Shown: positions 1 to 14,465, counted from the first letter of the stretch. The stretch is DNA of 64,000 nt from Octopus bimaculoides (GCF_001194135.2 NC_068994.1:35425731-35489730); one strand, 5' to 3'. Notes: generated from the letters alone by a model not told the origin. A program made the numbers and translations.

Positions 1-46
1 AAGGTATGTACATACATGTACATACATATGCATATACTCATATATT

Positions 47-87
<41 letters not shown>

Positions 88-312
88 TAAATGCGTGCAC
101 ACACACACGCACACATAAGGCATCCATGCACTCCACATTTCAGTGACATAAAATACAGTAGGTACCGAAATAATGGTATTCACTGGATATCTTAACAATT
201 TAAAGCTGAATATCAGTTTTAACTTAAACAATGTGTCATATGACATGACTCCATATTGGTAATTAGAGAATGCAAAGTGGGGAGAACTCATGTAGAAGTA
301 TGTGTTAGTATA

Positions 313-344
<32 letters not shown>

Positions 345-911
345 GCAGAGATGTGCATTTATATAAATACACACATAAACACACTCACACCTATACACTG
401 AGCCATGCATTCATATAAGCACATGCATAAAACACATGCACACATACACATACATAGATACAGGTACATGCATTCACATAACACACACATAAACAAACAT
501 GCACTAGTGCACTTATATACATACTCATACATTGTAATATACAGAAGTGAGTTGCATGTGTCTTCAAAACATACACATGTGCACACGTTACACACACAGT
601 GTACAAAAGACAAGTGAAGGAGCCTGTCTTAAACACTCCACTCTAACACATAGAATATAGTAAAATGAGGAAGTCATGCATACAAAAACGCAGGCACATA
701 CACATAAGGTATAGATAAAGGAAAGGGGAAGGGTGTAGTAGAGGATGGGTAAGAGGCTGTGTCTTCAACACACACTTCAAAGCACAATGGTTTTGGCAGG
801 TAAGCCAAGTGAACATTTGTAACCTCTGATTCAATGGATTGCTTATAAAGTGAGCTAAAATGATCAAATAATCAAGTGGTTCAATAAACCAGCATTCAGT
901 TAGTTTCACTG

Positions 912-1178
912 CTCAGCCAGCCAACCAGCCAGGAAGCCAGCCAGCCAGCCAGGAAGCCAGCCAGCCAGGAAGCCAGCCAGCAAACCAGCCAGTAAGCTAG
1001 CCAGCCAGCCAGCAAGCCAGCCAGCAAGTCAGCTGGCAAGCCAGTCAGCAAACCAGCCAACAAGTCTGTAAACCTTCAAACAAACCAGCCAACCAGTCAG
1101 CTAACCAACTAACCAACCAACCAACCAGCCATCCAATGAACCAACAACATACCAACCAATCAACCAACCAGCCAACCT
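912..1178. repeat. Compound (CCAG)n/(CCAA)n tetranucleotide microsatellite
   Basis: Directly visible, grading from CCAG to CCAA units. Confidence 0.9.
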
Positions 1179-1942
1179 GATAGTCTGCTGGCAGAATTGT
1201 TAGCATTGGAAAAATGCTCTGTAGCATTGCTCCTGTCCTTTTATGTTGAGTTCAATTCTCTCTGAGGTCAACATTGCCTTTTGTACCTCCAAAATGGATA
1301 AAGATAAACTACCAGGCAAGTTCTAGAGTTGATGTATTAGGTCGTCAAGTATGAAATTTGTAGAAAAGAAAACAGTTTGCTAATGTTTTATAAATACAAG
1401 GAGTAATTATATTCATCAAAGTATGCACCCATGTTGTCAGTACACTTTTGCCAGTACACTGTAAAAGCATGGCAATCTAGAGTCAGTAAAATCTTGGAAG
1501 GCCTGTTTTACAGCATCATTGGAATTAAATTTTTTTCCTATCAAAAAGCTATCCAAATTTATATATATATGTATATGTTTGTGTGTCTATGTTTGTCCCC
1601 CACGATCCCTTGGACAACCGATGTTTATCTCACACATGCTTAGATGAAAATGTGTGCGTACACATACACACATATGCACATACACATGCATATTCATTCA
1701 TATGTACATATGTATATTCACAGGCATGTATGCATGCATACCAGTATGCATGCACCTTCCTCGACCAATCGCAGCCCACCTTATGATAATAACAATCAAC
1801 TGTCATTCAAATTCAAAATGGCTCACGACTAGCATCACACTTGAAACTCAAGAGTACTAACGAATTTGAATCAAATTGTTTTGCTCCATACATGTAACTC
1901 GCAATAAATTGGTTTAGTGCTCTTCTTTTGTTTGTTCACTCA

Positions 1943-1984
<42 letters not shown>

Positions 1985-1994
1985 NNNNNNNNNN

Positions 1995-2026
<32 letters not shown>

Positions 2027-2043
2027 TATAGATATATATATAA

Positions 2044-2530
2044 AGTGAAGTGAAATCGAAATCAAACTAAATTCGATGACTGGACCCCATGCCAATGTCT
2101 CCTTCATTGGACACTAAACTTCGCTTGCAAAGACCTGTTGGGGCAAGCGAAAGCCAAATCGTGAGGGCACTACCATTCGAGTGTGATCGTTACCAGCGTC
2201 GCCTTCCTGGCACTTGTGCCAGTGACACGTGAAAAGTCATTCGAGCGAGATCATTGCCAGTGCTGCTGGACTGGCTCCTGTGCAGGTGGCATGTAAAATA
2301 CACCATTTTGAGCGTGGCTTTTGCCAATATTGCCTGACTGGCCTTTATGCCAGTGGCACGTAAAACCACCCACTACACTCTCGGAGTGGTTGGCATTAGG
2401 AAGGGCTTCCAGCTGTAGAAACTCTGCCAAATCAGATTGGAGCCTGGTGTAGCCATCTGGTTCACCAGTCCTCAATCAAATCGTCCAACCCATGCTAGCA
2501 TGGAAAGCAAATGTTAAACGATGATGATGA
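2044..2530 (+). mobile_element. SINE/LINE-tail family C (RTE-like 3' end, (GAT)n tail); partial copies about 6060-6330(-), 24930-25000, 26640-26790, 27930-28070, 41670-41830(-), 44130-44340
   Basis: Shared GGAAGGGCATCCAGCTGTAGAAAC...CCAACCCATGCTAGCATGGAAA..GTTAAACGATGATGAT. Confidence 0.75.
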
Positions 2531-2536
2531 TATATA

Positions 2537-3100
2537 TAAATGATTTGAAGTGGCGGACACCTTTATGTAAGTTGGAAGTACACTTAGTAGAGACGGTACA
2601 CTTGATGCTGAAATAAGTCATTGAATTGAGAAGTGAGTGTGGTCAGATCAGAGTATCACGAGAGACATGAAGCTCACTGTGTATAAGGCCAGTGTTCTTA
2701 CAGCCCTGCTATACAGAAGCGAAACATGGACGACTTACAGGCATCATGTCATATCAAGCAGTTGGAAAAGTTTTGTCAGCATTGTATATGGTGCATCCTG
2801 AATATAAAGTGGTCCTCTTACACACCTGATTTTTGCTGTACTTGAGAAAACTGGCAGCACGAGTCTTGAGAAGAGGATAATTCTGAACCAGATGCATTGG
2901 GTGGTCATGTAGTCAGGATGGAGGTGGGCAGGCTGCCCAATCTGATATTTTATAGGGAACTGACCAGAGGGAAAAAGTCTTAGTACAAACTTAGGAGGAA
3001 GCAGTTTAAAGATGTCATAAAAGCTACCTTAAATCTCTGGAGATTGATACAAATGTCTGAGAAACATTAACTGAAAGCTGTACATCATGGTGAGAGTCTA
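2537..3100 (+). mobile_element. Degenerate RTE-clade LINE fragment (RT C-terminal region)
   Basis: Frameshifted translation GSTLSRDGTLDAEI...KLTVYKASVLTALLYRSETWTTYR...GHVVRME.GRLP..IFYREL. Confidence 0.8.
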
Positions 3101-3135
<35 letters not shown>

Positions 3136-3643
3136 NNNNNNNNNNNNNNNNNNNNNNNNNNNNNNNNNNNNNNNNNNNNNNNNNNNNNNNNNNNNNNNNN
3201 NNNNNNNNNNNNNNNNNNNNNNNNNNNNNNNNNNNNNNNNNNNNNNNNNNNNNNNNNNNNNNNNNNNNNNNNNNNNNNNNNNNNNNNNNNNNNNNNNNNN
3301 NNNNNNNNNNNNNNNNNNNNNNNNNNNNNNNNNNNNNNNNNNNNNNNNNNNNNNNNNNNNNNNNNNNNNNNNNNNNNNNNNNNNNNNNNNNNNNNNNNNN
3401 NNNNNNNNNNNNNNNNNNNNNNNNNNNNNNNNNNNNNNNNNNNNNNNNNNNNNNNNNNNNNNNNNNNNNNNNNNNNNNNNNNNNNNNNNNNNNNNNNNNN
3501 NNNNNNNNNNNNNNNNNNNNNNNNNNNNNNNNNNNNNNNNNNNNNNNNNNNNNNNNNNNNNNNNNNNNNNNNNNNNNNNNNNNNNNNNNNNNNNNNNNNN
3601 NNNNNNNNNNNNNNNNNNNNNNNNNNNNNNNNNNNNNNNNNNN
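3136..3643. other. Assembly gap (others: 1985-1994, 4428-4831, 16879-17031, 17870-17969, 46016-46633)
   Basis: N runs, nearly all bounded by (TA)n or (TG)n tracts. Confidence 0.99.
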
Positions 3644-3742
3644 ATATATATATATATATATACACATTTATTCAATGTATATACTCAATATACATTCTGT
3701 GGGGCAATGATATATATATTACACACACACACATGCACACTT

Positions 3743-3779
<37 letters not shown>

Positions 3780-4394
3780 TGCTCACACACTAACCAGCCA
3801 AATTTAACCCTATGTTGGTTTTCAACCAACAGGGGTTTTTGGTCAGTGTATTTTGCTGAGTAATTGCTTTCTCAGCAGCCGCAAAGATATTGTCATATAA
3901 CAGAAGCTGTCTTTAGAAATATAAAGATCTGAGAAGAAATAGATTTGTATGAATTGTAAAAAAGATTCATTATGTTTCGTTCAGCTTTGAATCATATTCA
4001 AAATCAGATTTCTAATTCCAGCTCACAAGAATTCTGGCTTTCAGAAATCTTAAAAATCGGACAAAGATGAAAGACGTAAGATTTGCTTGTACTGTTGTTG
4101 TTGTTGTTTTTCTTTGCTTTTTTTTTTGTTCTTTGCTAATTTTTTAAAGAAATATTTCGTTTTTTCTTTCTTATTTCTTATTTTTAAAGTTGTGATGAAA
4201 TATCTGTGACTTTCTCTCTTTCAATGACACATGTATAATCACTCTCATGCACATACACATATAGACATACATACACCAACACGCACACACATTTACACAC
4301 ACGTGCTCACAGCCTTACACACACACACACACACACCCCAATTCCTTGTTTGTCCCTTTTCTTTTACATTCTTCAGTTTCTTACATTTTGTGTG

Positions 4395-4427
<33 letters not shown>

Positions 4428-4831
4428 NNNNNNNNNNNNNNNNNNNNNNNNNNNNNNNNNNNNNNNNNNNNNNNNNNNNNNNNNNNNNNNNNNNNNNNNN
4501 NNNNNNNNNNNNNNNNNNNNNNNNNNNNNNNNNNNNNNNNNNNNNNNNNNNNNNNNNNNNNNNNNNNNNNNNNNNNNNNNNNNNNNNNNNNNNNNNNNNN
4601 NNNNNNNNNNNNNNNNNNNNNNNNNNNNNNNNNNNNNNNNNNNNNNNNNNNNNNNNNNNNNNNNNNNNNNNNNNNNNNNNNNNNNNNNNNNNNNNNNNNN
4701 NNNNNNNNNNNNNNNNNNNNNNNNNNNNNNNNNNNNNNNNNNNNNNNNNNNNNNNNNNNNNNNNNNNNNNNNNNNNNNNNNNNNNNNNNNNNNNNNNNNN
4801 NNNNNNNNNNNNNNNNNNNNNNNNNNNNNNN

Positions 4832-4890
<59 letters not shown>

Positions 4891-7800
4891 CTTCATCCCC
4901 TTTCTTGATTCTCATCTATACTTTTCACTCATTAAGACTTTCTGCCTCTTCTCTCTATTTCTTTGACAAACCACCTTCTCATAGGTCACTCTATTTATTC
5001 CTTTATCTCACCTTCTCTCTCCTTCTCACTCTCTCTTTTTCTTCATTCTTCCACCTTCTTCTATGTCATTCAATTTATCCTCTCTCTCTCTCTTCCTTTT
5101 ACTCTTTCTGTCTCCGTTATTCTGTCATAATAATTATCTGTTTTTGGTCTATCCATCACTCAGGTTTTGCGCGCATGCACATGCACACACCCACACAAAG
5201 ATTACCATCTCTCACAATTAAACCCAATTATAGATTCACCTGAAATAATTGAATCCAAAAATTGCCAATTTCTGACAACCTTCAATATGTTCCAATGAAA
5301 TCTATTGAAATGTTACATTCCTTTGTTGTTGTAGTCTAAGGCTAGTGTCTGCTGGTCGGCTGAATTGGCAAAGGATTATGTTAGTTTTGGGCTAGTTAAT
5401 GGAATAATACAGAAGCTTTGTAGTTGGCACAGTAGACTAGCCTAGATATCAGGCTGCTAGCCAAAGGATTAATGGTTTGTACTCAGTCATTGGCATTATG
5501 CTGTATCCATGTCTTAGACACTTCATGGATAAAACTTTCTTAGTTAGGAATATGCATAACATATGAACTTTTCTAATGAATTGTCTGTGACCATTTTTTG
5601 GGCCTCTGATACTTGCGAGTCCAACACAAGGTCCAGTCCTTGTTGCAGTGTGGTGGCTTGTTTGCATTAATGACTCTGAGAGCTATGTCAGTAGATCACA
5701 AGCTCCTGGTGGGGTCCTATGCTTGACAGGTCAAAAGATAGAGGCCAAACTAATACAGACCACCTTTTCCCCAGAGGTAAAAATGGGTTTGTGGTGGGCC
5801 AACACCCCTACTTGGAAAAGTTACAGAAACTTTGATCACAAAGCTAACAAGAATTGGAAGAAGAAAAGACAGCCCAGATTTGAGAACAATGGAGAAGAGT
5901 GGTCAATGTCCCATGTCCAGAGAAAGTGAAGCACTTAAGCAAGAGACGTGTGAAAGGAAAGATGAATGGGAGGAGATTATTCTCAGTTTGGAAACATAGC
6001 CTGAATGCTTGCAACATCAGAATAATGTCAAAGGCACCCATGGACCAGGTTAACATCCGTTCTCCATGCTGGCATGGGTTGGACGGTTTGACATAGAGCT
6101 GGCTTGCAGGGAGCTATCTAGACACCAACTGTCTGCTGTGGCATAGTTTCTATGGCTGGATGCCCTTCCTAATGCTAACCATTTAACAGAATGTGCTGTG
6201 TGCTTTTTACATGTCACTGTCATGGGGGTGTTTATGCTGCACCAGCATGGATGTGTTAACACAGCGTCAACATGGGTACTTTTTAAGTGGCACTGACACC
6301 TGAAAGGACAAACCTGTATGTGTGGAAGACAGTGATTTTACTTGTGCTAATCCAAGAGCAGGATTAAATCTACCACCAAAAAGAATTGAATTGGAACGAT
6401 CCCTCTGAAGGAGCTGTAACATTGTTTTCTATCTACTGTATGAAATTTCTTTCACATACAATGTTCTATCTAATTTTTCCCAATCCCTGAGCAAAACTTT
6501 TGATGTTTCACACAAAAATATTTTAAATTCAAAATTAGTGTGTGACCAAATTGCTGAAGATTACCACATAGTATAATGCTTCAAATTTTGTGTAATTTCT
6601 TTAATCTCTATCTCAAGGAGAAAATTAGTTTCTACTTTGCTTTGAAAAGTTTGTAGAACCCTAATATGATTTTCTGAAAACCATGGAATTCATACCTAAA
6701 TTTTACAGACAACTCCTGCCATTTTAATTCTAATAATACAATGAATAAAATGAAATTAAAAAATTTTAAATGAAATGAAACAAAAATTACTATAAAATTA
6801 GAAGTTATTCATATAAACAAAATTTAATAACTTATGAAAATGATGAATATAAATTTTTTATAAGAATTTTCATTAAATTTTATTAAATCTTCATTAAATT
6901 TTATTATGACACTTTTTTTTTCCAGAGTCCAATACAATAAAATATCAGTCAAGTACTGAGATTGATTTAATATATTCCTATAAACCTTCCCAGAAAAAGA
7001 TGAGACCATCTGGTGCTTATATATTTAGAAATCAATAAGTTTAAAGTTTTAATATTTCAAAGTACTTCAAAAATTTATGAGACAGTTATTATTTTCAGTT
7101 TCTTCAAGAAATAAAAGTAACCCTTCCCTAGTGAGTATACCCCAAAGCAAAGGAATTCATTTAACAAATAAGGTTCCATATTTAACATTTAATCATCTTG
7201 GAAGAATTTACGGCAATAATTCTCTTTCCTTGTCTAAATAAAAGCTTTTGTAATGAAATCTTTAGAATTCTGAGAACTTGCTTTTACTTTGGCAAAATTT
7301 CTTTTTCATGTTTATGTTCTTCTCTAGATTTCTTCAGTTAATAATAATTAATTCCCGTGGCTCCTCATTCTTTCTCTACTCAGCTTATTATCTGTTGTCA
7401 ACCTCTGATATTTATTCATCCATTCTGACAATGCCATTTCTATCTTCTCTGTTGCAAATATAACACTTGATTCCTCCAGTCACTTGCTGAATTGACTTCA
7501 TCATTTTATTTCAAACTAATGTCTAAATTCTTCCTAAAAAATCTTCTCCCTGCAATCCTCACCCCCTCCCTGTACTCCTCAATGGAGCAGACTCATCTGC
7601 TTTCAGTATGATTCACTGGTAACTACTACTACTACTATTACTACTACTACTACTGTTGCTGCTGCCACCACCACCACCAAACCACACCACCACTACCACC
7701 ATATCTTCTTCTCACATATATAACCCTTATGTCTTCATATACACTTCAAACATCTATTGTCTGTTTTTAACAATAGAAAAATCCATCATCATAATATTTA

Positions 7801-7920
7801 TTAAATCTAAACTTTTGTGTGTGTATGTATGTATGTGTGCATGAATGTGTGTGATCTGTGCATTTGTGTATATACAAGAAAATATTTTATGTTTTTCAAA
7901 TGTCCCATAACCATTTGTAT

Positions 7921-7966
<46 letters not shown>

Positions 7967-8232
7967 CCATCATTGTTGTAATGTAATATCTGGGGATAGA
8001 TCTTAAATCACGTTCAGTAATGAGTATTCATTTCAATTGTATGATTTTTGATGTTTCAGTTGTAAGATTAATGGAATTATCTAAGTAGATTAGTATTCTA
8101 CAGACTTGTATTCTTGACATAATCCTCTCACAAACACAGTATGACATGGTTTGTGCCTAAGTTGGATGCTTTAAGTTTAGTTGCTTGATAATTTCAATGT
8201 CTTTAAGTTTACATTACAATGTATTTTATTGG

Positions 8233-8284
<52 letters not shown>

Positions 8285-8285
8285 G

Positions 8286-8446
8286 AGGACATACTCTACG
8301 GAGAGCTTGCTAGGAGCATTAGATCTGTGGGAAGACTGTTTTTACAATACAAGGATGTTTGCAAAAGGGACATGAATGCCTGCGACATCAATATTAGCAA
8401 CTGGAAAGCAGTTGCCAACAACCGTGGAGATTGGTTCTATCTCTGA
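8286..8446 (+). mobile_element. RTE LINE 3' ORF fragment
   Basis: EDILYGELARSIRSVGRLFLQYKDVCKRDMNACDINISNWKAVANNRGDW, directly after an (ATT)n run. Confidence 0.8.
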
Positions 8447-8647
8447 TTGTGTTATTTTGTGTATGGATTGGTATTTCACTCACAGTTTTACCCTCAACAT
8501 TAGAAAAATTAGAGTTGTTTGATCAATTTCCTTGTAGATATTTGTTTTGGTTGTGTGTTCAGGTCCTGCCATAGTCAACACTGCTCATGCTGAGTTCATA
8601 GCTCAGTCTAGATATCCATTACAGTAAAGTACTCCACTTCAGGGAGT

Positions 8648-8930
8648 ATAATAGTGATGATGATAATAGTGATGAGAAATGATGATGGGGGGAGGGAGAT
8701 TGGTGTAGTAGTAGTGGAGCTGATGATGATATTCACAATGACAACAGTAATGATGATAATAATAACAATTATGATGGTGATGATGACGATAGGGTTAGTA
8801 GCAATGGTAGTGGTGGAGATGGTAAATGTGATGACAATGACAATGGCAATGATGATAACAACAACACAGATGGTGATGATGACGATGACAATGACAACAA
8901 TGATGGTGATGAGATGGAGGAGGGGTAGGA
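8648..8930. repeat. Degenerate (GAT/GAC/GGT)n trinucleotide tract
   Basis: Directly visible; source of spurious M/V/I-rich ORFs. Confidence 0.85.
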
Positions 8931-10075
8931 GGCAAAGGAATATCAATGTAATACTCAGGTAAACTCAGCAGCACACCATGTATAAAAGAGCAAGGCTGCT
9001 CTCCTTTGAACTACTACAAACACAGTCTGTATGAAAAGAAGCTTCCACACAGCAAGTTTGCATCTACTCAATTTTAATCACATGACTTGGTTTGATCTGA
9101 CGCTAAAATAGAAGCCATTTTGTCCAAGGTGCCATATAGTATGATCGAACGAAAGGCCTCGTGATTGATAAGGGAGCTAATTAAACATTTGGCCATTCCA
9201 ATATATGCAGGATAGAAAAGACATAAGTAAATATTGTGATAAATTTAGTCCAAAAGTCTTTTATTTCAGCTTAGTCACTCACTACCCAGCAGCCCCCTGG
9301 GAGATTGAATTCATGATTTTTCTTTGCTGTATTTGATATCAAAACAGTAAGTAATAGATTTGGTCTTTCTTATGTGTAGAAGATAAATCAAAAAGTTATA
9401 CAAATCAATAATCTTTGTCTATAGATGCAGCATTCTAAGAAGATATGGGTTATCTCAATAAATTAAGTTGCCATTGACTATTTAGTGTTGTTTATGATTG
9501 TCTTTCAAACAGAAAGAATGTCTTTAATCGACATTCATCTATATGTACGTGTATGTATGCATTTATGTATATCTTTGTATATGCCTATAAGTTTGTGTGT
9601 GTGTGTGTCTTTAGAAGGAATGGGTGGGAACAAGAAGACAATGGCGTCTATCTATATTTTGTAAAGTAAATTCCATCAAGTATACTCCAGAATGATGTTA
9701 TAACATCATTCTGTCATCGCTTCGTTAAGGATCAAAAGAACATCACTGTATTGATATCTATGCATGTATGTTTGTGTAATATATATATATATATATATAC
9801 CTACAAAAGTTGTGTATATGTATGTCTGTGTATGTAGATGTGTGTATGTGCATTATATATATATATATATATATATATAACATAACTATATATATACACA
9901 CACACATAGCTTAGATAAATGTATATACATAGATATAGATATAAAGATATATTAAAATGGATAAAAATGTGTACAAGCGTATGTATGCATTCACATCTCC
10001 TGGCAGCATTAAGCACACACACTCACATGCATGCATTCTCTTTCTCTCACTCATGCGTACACCATACATCCATAC

Positions 10076-10138
<63 letters not shown>

Positions 10139-10517
10139 CGTGCACGTGTGTGTGTGTGTGTGTGTGCGTGCACGTGTGTGTGTGTGTGTTTTAGTAATTC
10201 CCCTTTCAGCAAGATTACAACTTTTTACCATTATTCTTATTGGATACATTTCTAAGAGCAATTTGTTGGTTCTCTCACAGTAATGTCCATTTACTCCATA
10301 AATGGAACCAAATTTATTTGCATTGTGATATCTAAGTACCTATATTTGTACCTTTCCTGTTTATCATGATGAAATGATTTATGAATGTATCGCATTATCT
10401 CCCAGCAAACCGACTTTAAGTAAAACCATAACCTCCTCTACATCATCACTCTATTTTAGAGATGAATTATTATTGGGGAAATAAAAATTCATCCACATTC
10501 TGTCAAATCCCCTTCTG

Positions 10518-10571
10518 ATGGTATGTATATGTATATATATATGTATATGTGTATATGTATATATTTGTGTG

Positions 10572-10653
<82 letters not shown>

Positions 10654-10816
10654 CATACACATATATATATGGGTGTGTATGTATATATATATATATGTGT
10701 GTATGTACGTTTATACACACATATATATACATATATATATTTGTGTGTGTATGTGTGTATGTATATGTGTGTGTATAATATGTATACATATGTGTGTGTG
10801 TGTATATATATATACT

Positions 10817-10847
<31 letters not shown>

Positions 10848-10848
10848 T
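10518..10848. repeat. Compound (TA)n/(TG)n microsatellite, representative of dozens in the window (e.g. 10068-10190, 18474-18600, 27308-27470, 58450-58960)
   Basis: Directly visible. Confidence 0.95.
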
Positions 10849-12226
10849 TGTTTTTAGTTAGAACTGAACTCATAACCAAAGCTCCTACCCTTATCCACCA
10901 TATGGTGGTTCTTTGTGGAAAACAGGAACGTCTTGGTTTTAGAACTTAATGCACGGTGGGTTTAAACTTACTGTTGCAAAGTTAACTGTTTTAAATTGTA
11001 CCATTGATCTATCTGAGTAAGTACTCTACTTACATTTTAGTTATTTGCTTGTCATGAAGATTTTATCGTATCCCTTTGTGGCTTATGATTTCTATACACT
11101 TTTGGGGATTTCAGTTCAATATAGCGTTTAGTAAGGGATATTAAAGTTGCCTTAAAATCTATAATATCTTTGTCGTATGTAATAGATACAGGAGCAAACT
11201 TTCAATGCTGTGATGTACAATAGAGATGTGTTAGTCGTGGATCTTAAGCTTAGCGAAAGCTAAAATATGGCATTTGAATGTAATCAGAATATATACATAT
11301 TGTGAAGAAAGCATTATGTGACTAAGAGTATATCAGTATCAAGGCTCTGTGTGTGAGGTGTTTTGGTGCTGCTTATTTAGCCTCACTGATTTATTTGATG
11401 CTGACTTATTTGACATCAGTCATTCTAATGTTTCTCTCATTCTCCCCACTCTCTCTCTCTCTGTTTGTATATGTGAGCATCTAGTTATGTTTGTATATAT
11501 CTGTAATATTTCTCTCTTCCTCTTTCTCTCTTGCTCCTCTCTCTCTCATTTTGAATGTAAATATTTCTGTGAGCGTATGTTCGCCTCGAGTGCCAAAACG
11601 AATATACTGTCCACCTAAACAAGTTAAATGTCCAGTCAGCCTTGCTAGGTCATCACTGCCCAAATAACAGTGAAAGTCCTCTCTGACCGTAGGGCCCTTT
11701 ATGCTATCTTGTTCAGTTATTCCCTCTTTAGAGTTCCAATCTTATTAGCTTTGACACCAGTTCTCATTCTTCTTGGGTCAGTAAAATACATGTGATATCA
11801 ATGGTCAAATCCCTTTAGTACAAATTTTGGCTGTTTTTTTCAGAAGAAATCCTCATTACCATTGTAGTCAAGACGATCAGTGTTTGGCAGAAATAATAAG
11901 AATACAATAAAATGGCTAAGTGGGAGGAAAGGAGAGAGGAGAGATGAGGTTCTCCACTCTGGGTGATGTTTTTATGGGGGGCATCACATTTTGGTCTGCT
12001 GTATATGCTTGTATAGAGTGCAAGGGTCTGTTTTACAAATTCAAGGACACACACTCTTATGATACCATGATAAGAACATCTGACTAAATGCCTTACACTA
12101 TTTTGTTTCATCTGTACATTGTAACTTCCAAATCCTCCCAGGATGAATTTCTTTACTATTTATTTTGAAGGCAGATGTGGAAAAACAGAATATTCTTGTA
12201 CCATTTCAATCATTTATACCCCTGCT

Positions 12227-12681
12227 CAGGGCCATCTTAGCATTATAGACCTCAGGCAAATCAATGAACTGAGCCCTATAGTATTTATGAATTGCTAGCA
12301 AGCCACAATACACAATGTTCAGAGTTGAGCCCCTAGATCTGACAGGCCCTTGGTCAAATCAGCGCATTAGGCACTATAGTATTTATTCATTGTCAGCAAG
12401 TCACAACACACATAAATTAGAATTGGGTCCCTAGACCTGACCAGCCCCCAGGCAAATCGATGCATTGGGCCCTATAGTATTCACTGCCAGCAAACTACAG
12501 CATACATAGATTAGAATTGGCCCCCTAGATCTTAAGGTCCTTGGGCAAATCAATCAACTAGGCCTTATAGCATTTATTTATTGACAGTCAGCCACAGAAT
12601 ACACAGATCACAATTGGGCCCCTGGACCTGTGAGGCTCCTGAGCAACTGCCTAGTGTGCCCATGTATTAAGACTGCTCCTG
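12227..12681. mobile_element. hAT-like non-autonomous element with about 4.5 internal copies of a 92-99 bp unit
   Basis: Termini CAGGGCCATCTTAG / TTAAGACTGCTCCTG. Unit GGCAAATC..GGCCCTATAG..GCCACA..TTGGGCCCCTAGA recurs near 12255, 12352, 12451, 12543. No TSD seen. Confidence 0.55.
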
Positions 12682-13689
12682 CCTTACAAATGTGTGACTC
12701 TGTGTCAATCTAAAAATGCATAATTACTATAATCAGTATGATAGTAATTCTCAATGTTATCATTGTCAAGAAGATCAATGAAGTGGGAGAAATGAAAAGG
12801 ACATCAAAGTAAATAACTTAGTGTAATTATATTTTGTTTCTATATTCTAAATCCAAATTCTACCTGGATGAATTCTGGGCAAACTGCTTGTATGTCAGAA
12901 AAAATGCCTTATAGTGTTTGCTCTTTGCTTTCTTACAGCAACACCTTTGCAGTTGGATAGCTTGAGTGTATGCTGCCTAGGGCTATCCTTGAGTTTGCTG
13001 AACCCCCTATTGCCTCTTATTCAGGCTAATATAGCAGACCCGAGTGTTGTCCCCATGAAATCATTGCCAAAAGCAGACCTCTACCTCATTGGTTTGTTTA
13101 CATGTTGGGTTTTTTTTTATGTACTACCAGACTAAAAATGTAAGTACTGTTGGTGGTAGTGGGTTACAAAACCCTTCAAGATGGTGTCCCAGCATGGCCA
13201 CAGTCCAATGATTGAAATAACTAGTAAAAGGTAACTCATTTGGATATGTCACTGTACTCAACTAACTACCTTGCTTGCTTCAAGAAATATATTCACAAGC
13301 TTCACAAAGTCCTGGTAATATTAGAAGCTATTTACTGAAATTTCTTGAAACATTAAATCTGTTTCCTGAAATCTTTGTTATATTGTTCCATTTGCAAAAT
13401 TTTTACGTATACAGGAAATCATTAAAGCCATTTCCAGTATAGAGAAATCCTCTTAGGAAATGTTGCTGTCATCTATCCAACAGCAGGTGACCTTTTCTCA
13501 TGAACAATTCATGTAAATGGTTTTCTTAATCACAACCTCTCTCTTTCTCATTTCCTTCTCTCTTGTTTTATGTCTTTTCCTATTTCTGTTTTGTTTAAAA
13601 AAGATAAGTCTGTTACTGATCTGAGGTCTTTTTTCTTCTTTTTAATTTCTCTTGAGCCCTAGGATTCTTAAGGTCAGTTTCTTGGTTTC

Positions 13690-13960
13690 CATGTTTCATA
13701 TAAGTGATCAAAATCACAACATTTCCCCTGTATGGCATGCTGGTTCATTGCAGAGTTCAAGGCCAGCAATTTTGAGGGAAGAGGCCAAGTCGATTACACT
13801 ACCCCCAGTATATGACTGTACTTATTTTATCAATCCCAAAGGGATGAAAGGCAATGCTGACCTCTGCAGGATTTGAACTCAGAATGTAAAGAACCAGAAG
13901 AAATGCTGCTAAGCATTTTGTGTTACAAGTTAATAATTCTGTCAGGTCACACCTTGATCA
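13690..13960 (-). mobile_element. SINE family B; other copies about 1190-1350, 30600-30800, 34770-34990, 39385-39490, 44355-44585, 45470-45705, 51805-52020, 57520-57660, 60100-60236
   Basis: Recurrent core GGTCGACTTTGCCTTTCATCC...GTCGATAAAATAAGTACCAG. Resembles the Meta-SINE central domain (from memory, unverified). Confidence 0.75.
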
Positions 13961-14074
13961 GAAGGTTACTGATAATTAAAAGAATACAAAAAAGAAGTTC
14001 AATAGTCCAAGATTCAAATTTATGTCAAAGTGTACAAAGTAACTAATAAATTCTGTTTATCATATTTTACCTTT

Positions 14075-14465
14075 TATTTGTTTTAGTCATTAGATTGTGG
14101 CCATGCTGGAGCACTGCCTTGAAAAATTTTAGTTGAATGAATTGACCCCAGTTTTTAATTCTTTTTTAAGCTTGGTACTTATTCAGTCAGTCATTTTTGT
14201 TGAACCACTAAGTTATGGGGATGTAAACACACCCACACCAGTTGTCAAGTGGTGATGGGAGACAAAGACAAACACAAAAACACACATATATATATGTTAT
14301 ATACAATGGGCTTCTTTGGTTTCTGTCTACCAAATCCACTCACACAGCTTTGGGTAGCCTGAGGTTATGGCAGAAAGCACTTGCCCAAGGTGCCATGCAG
14401 TAGGACTGAACCTGGAACCATGTGGTTGGGAAGCAAACTTCTTATCACACAGCCACACCTGCGGC
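14075..14465 (-). mobile_element. SINE family A
   Basis: Homologous to 22611-23006. Confidence 0.8.

Noticed and set aside
49-1860. Many 60-110 aa ORFs rich in C/V/Y/I/H/T
   Set aside because: Translations of (TA)n, (TG)n, (CA)n and (CCAR)n microsatellites; the same applies to ORFs near 9800-10880, 17825-18830, 27226-27520 and 58577-59155.
3024-4966. Long ORFs containing X runs (also 16726-17155 and 45849-46809)
   Set aside because: Open only because they cross assembly gaps.
5648-6096. ORFs of 65-93 aa as a host gene
   Set aside because: No splice or domain support; resembles a decayed LINE 5' region abutting a family C tail, too degraded to classify.
8608-8962. Hydrophobic I/V/M-rich ORFs resembling TM proteins (also 20092-20298, 20623-21084, 25823-26138)
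   Set aside because: Trinucleotide (ATT/GAT)n repeats.
11815-12111. 98-aa ORF as an independent CDS
   Set aside because: No recognisable motifs and short enough to arise by chance; retained only as a possible UTR island.
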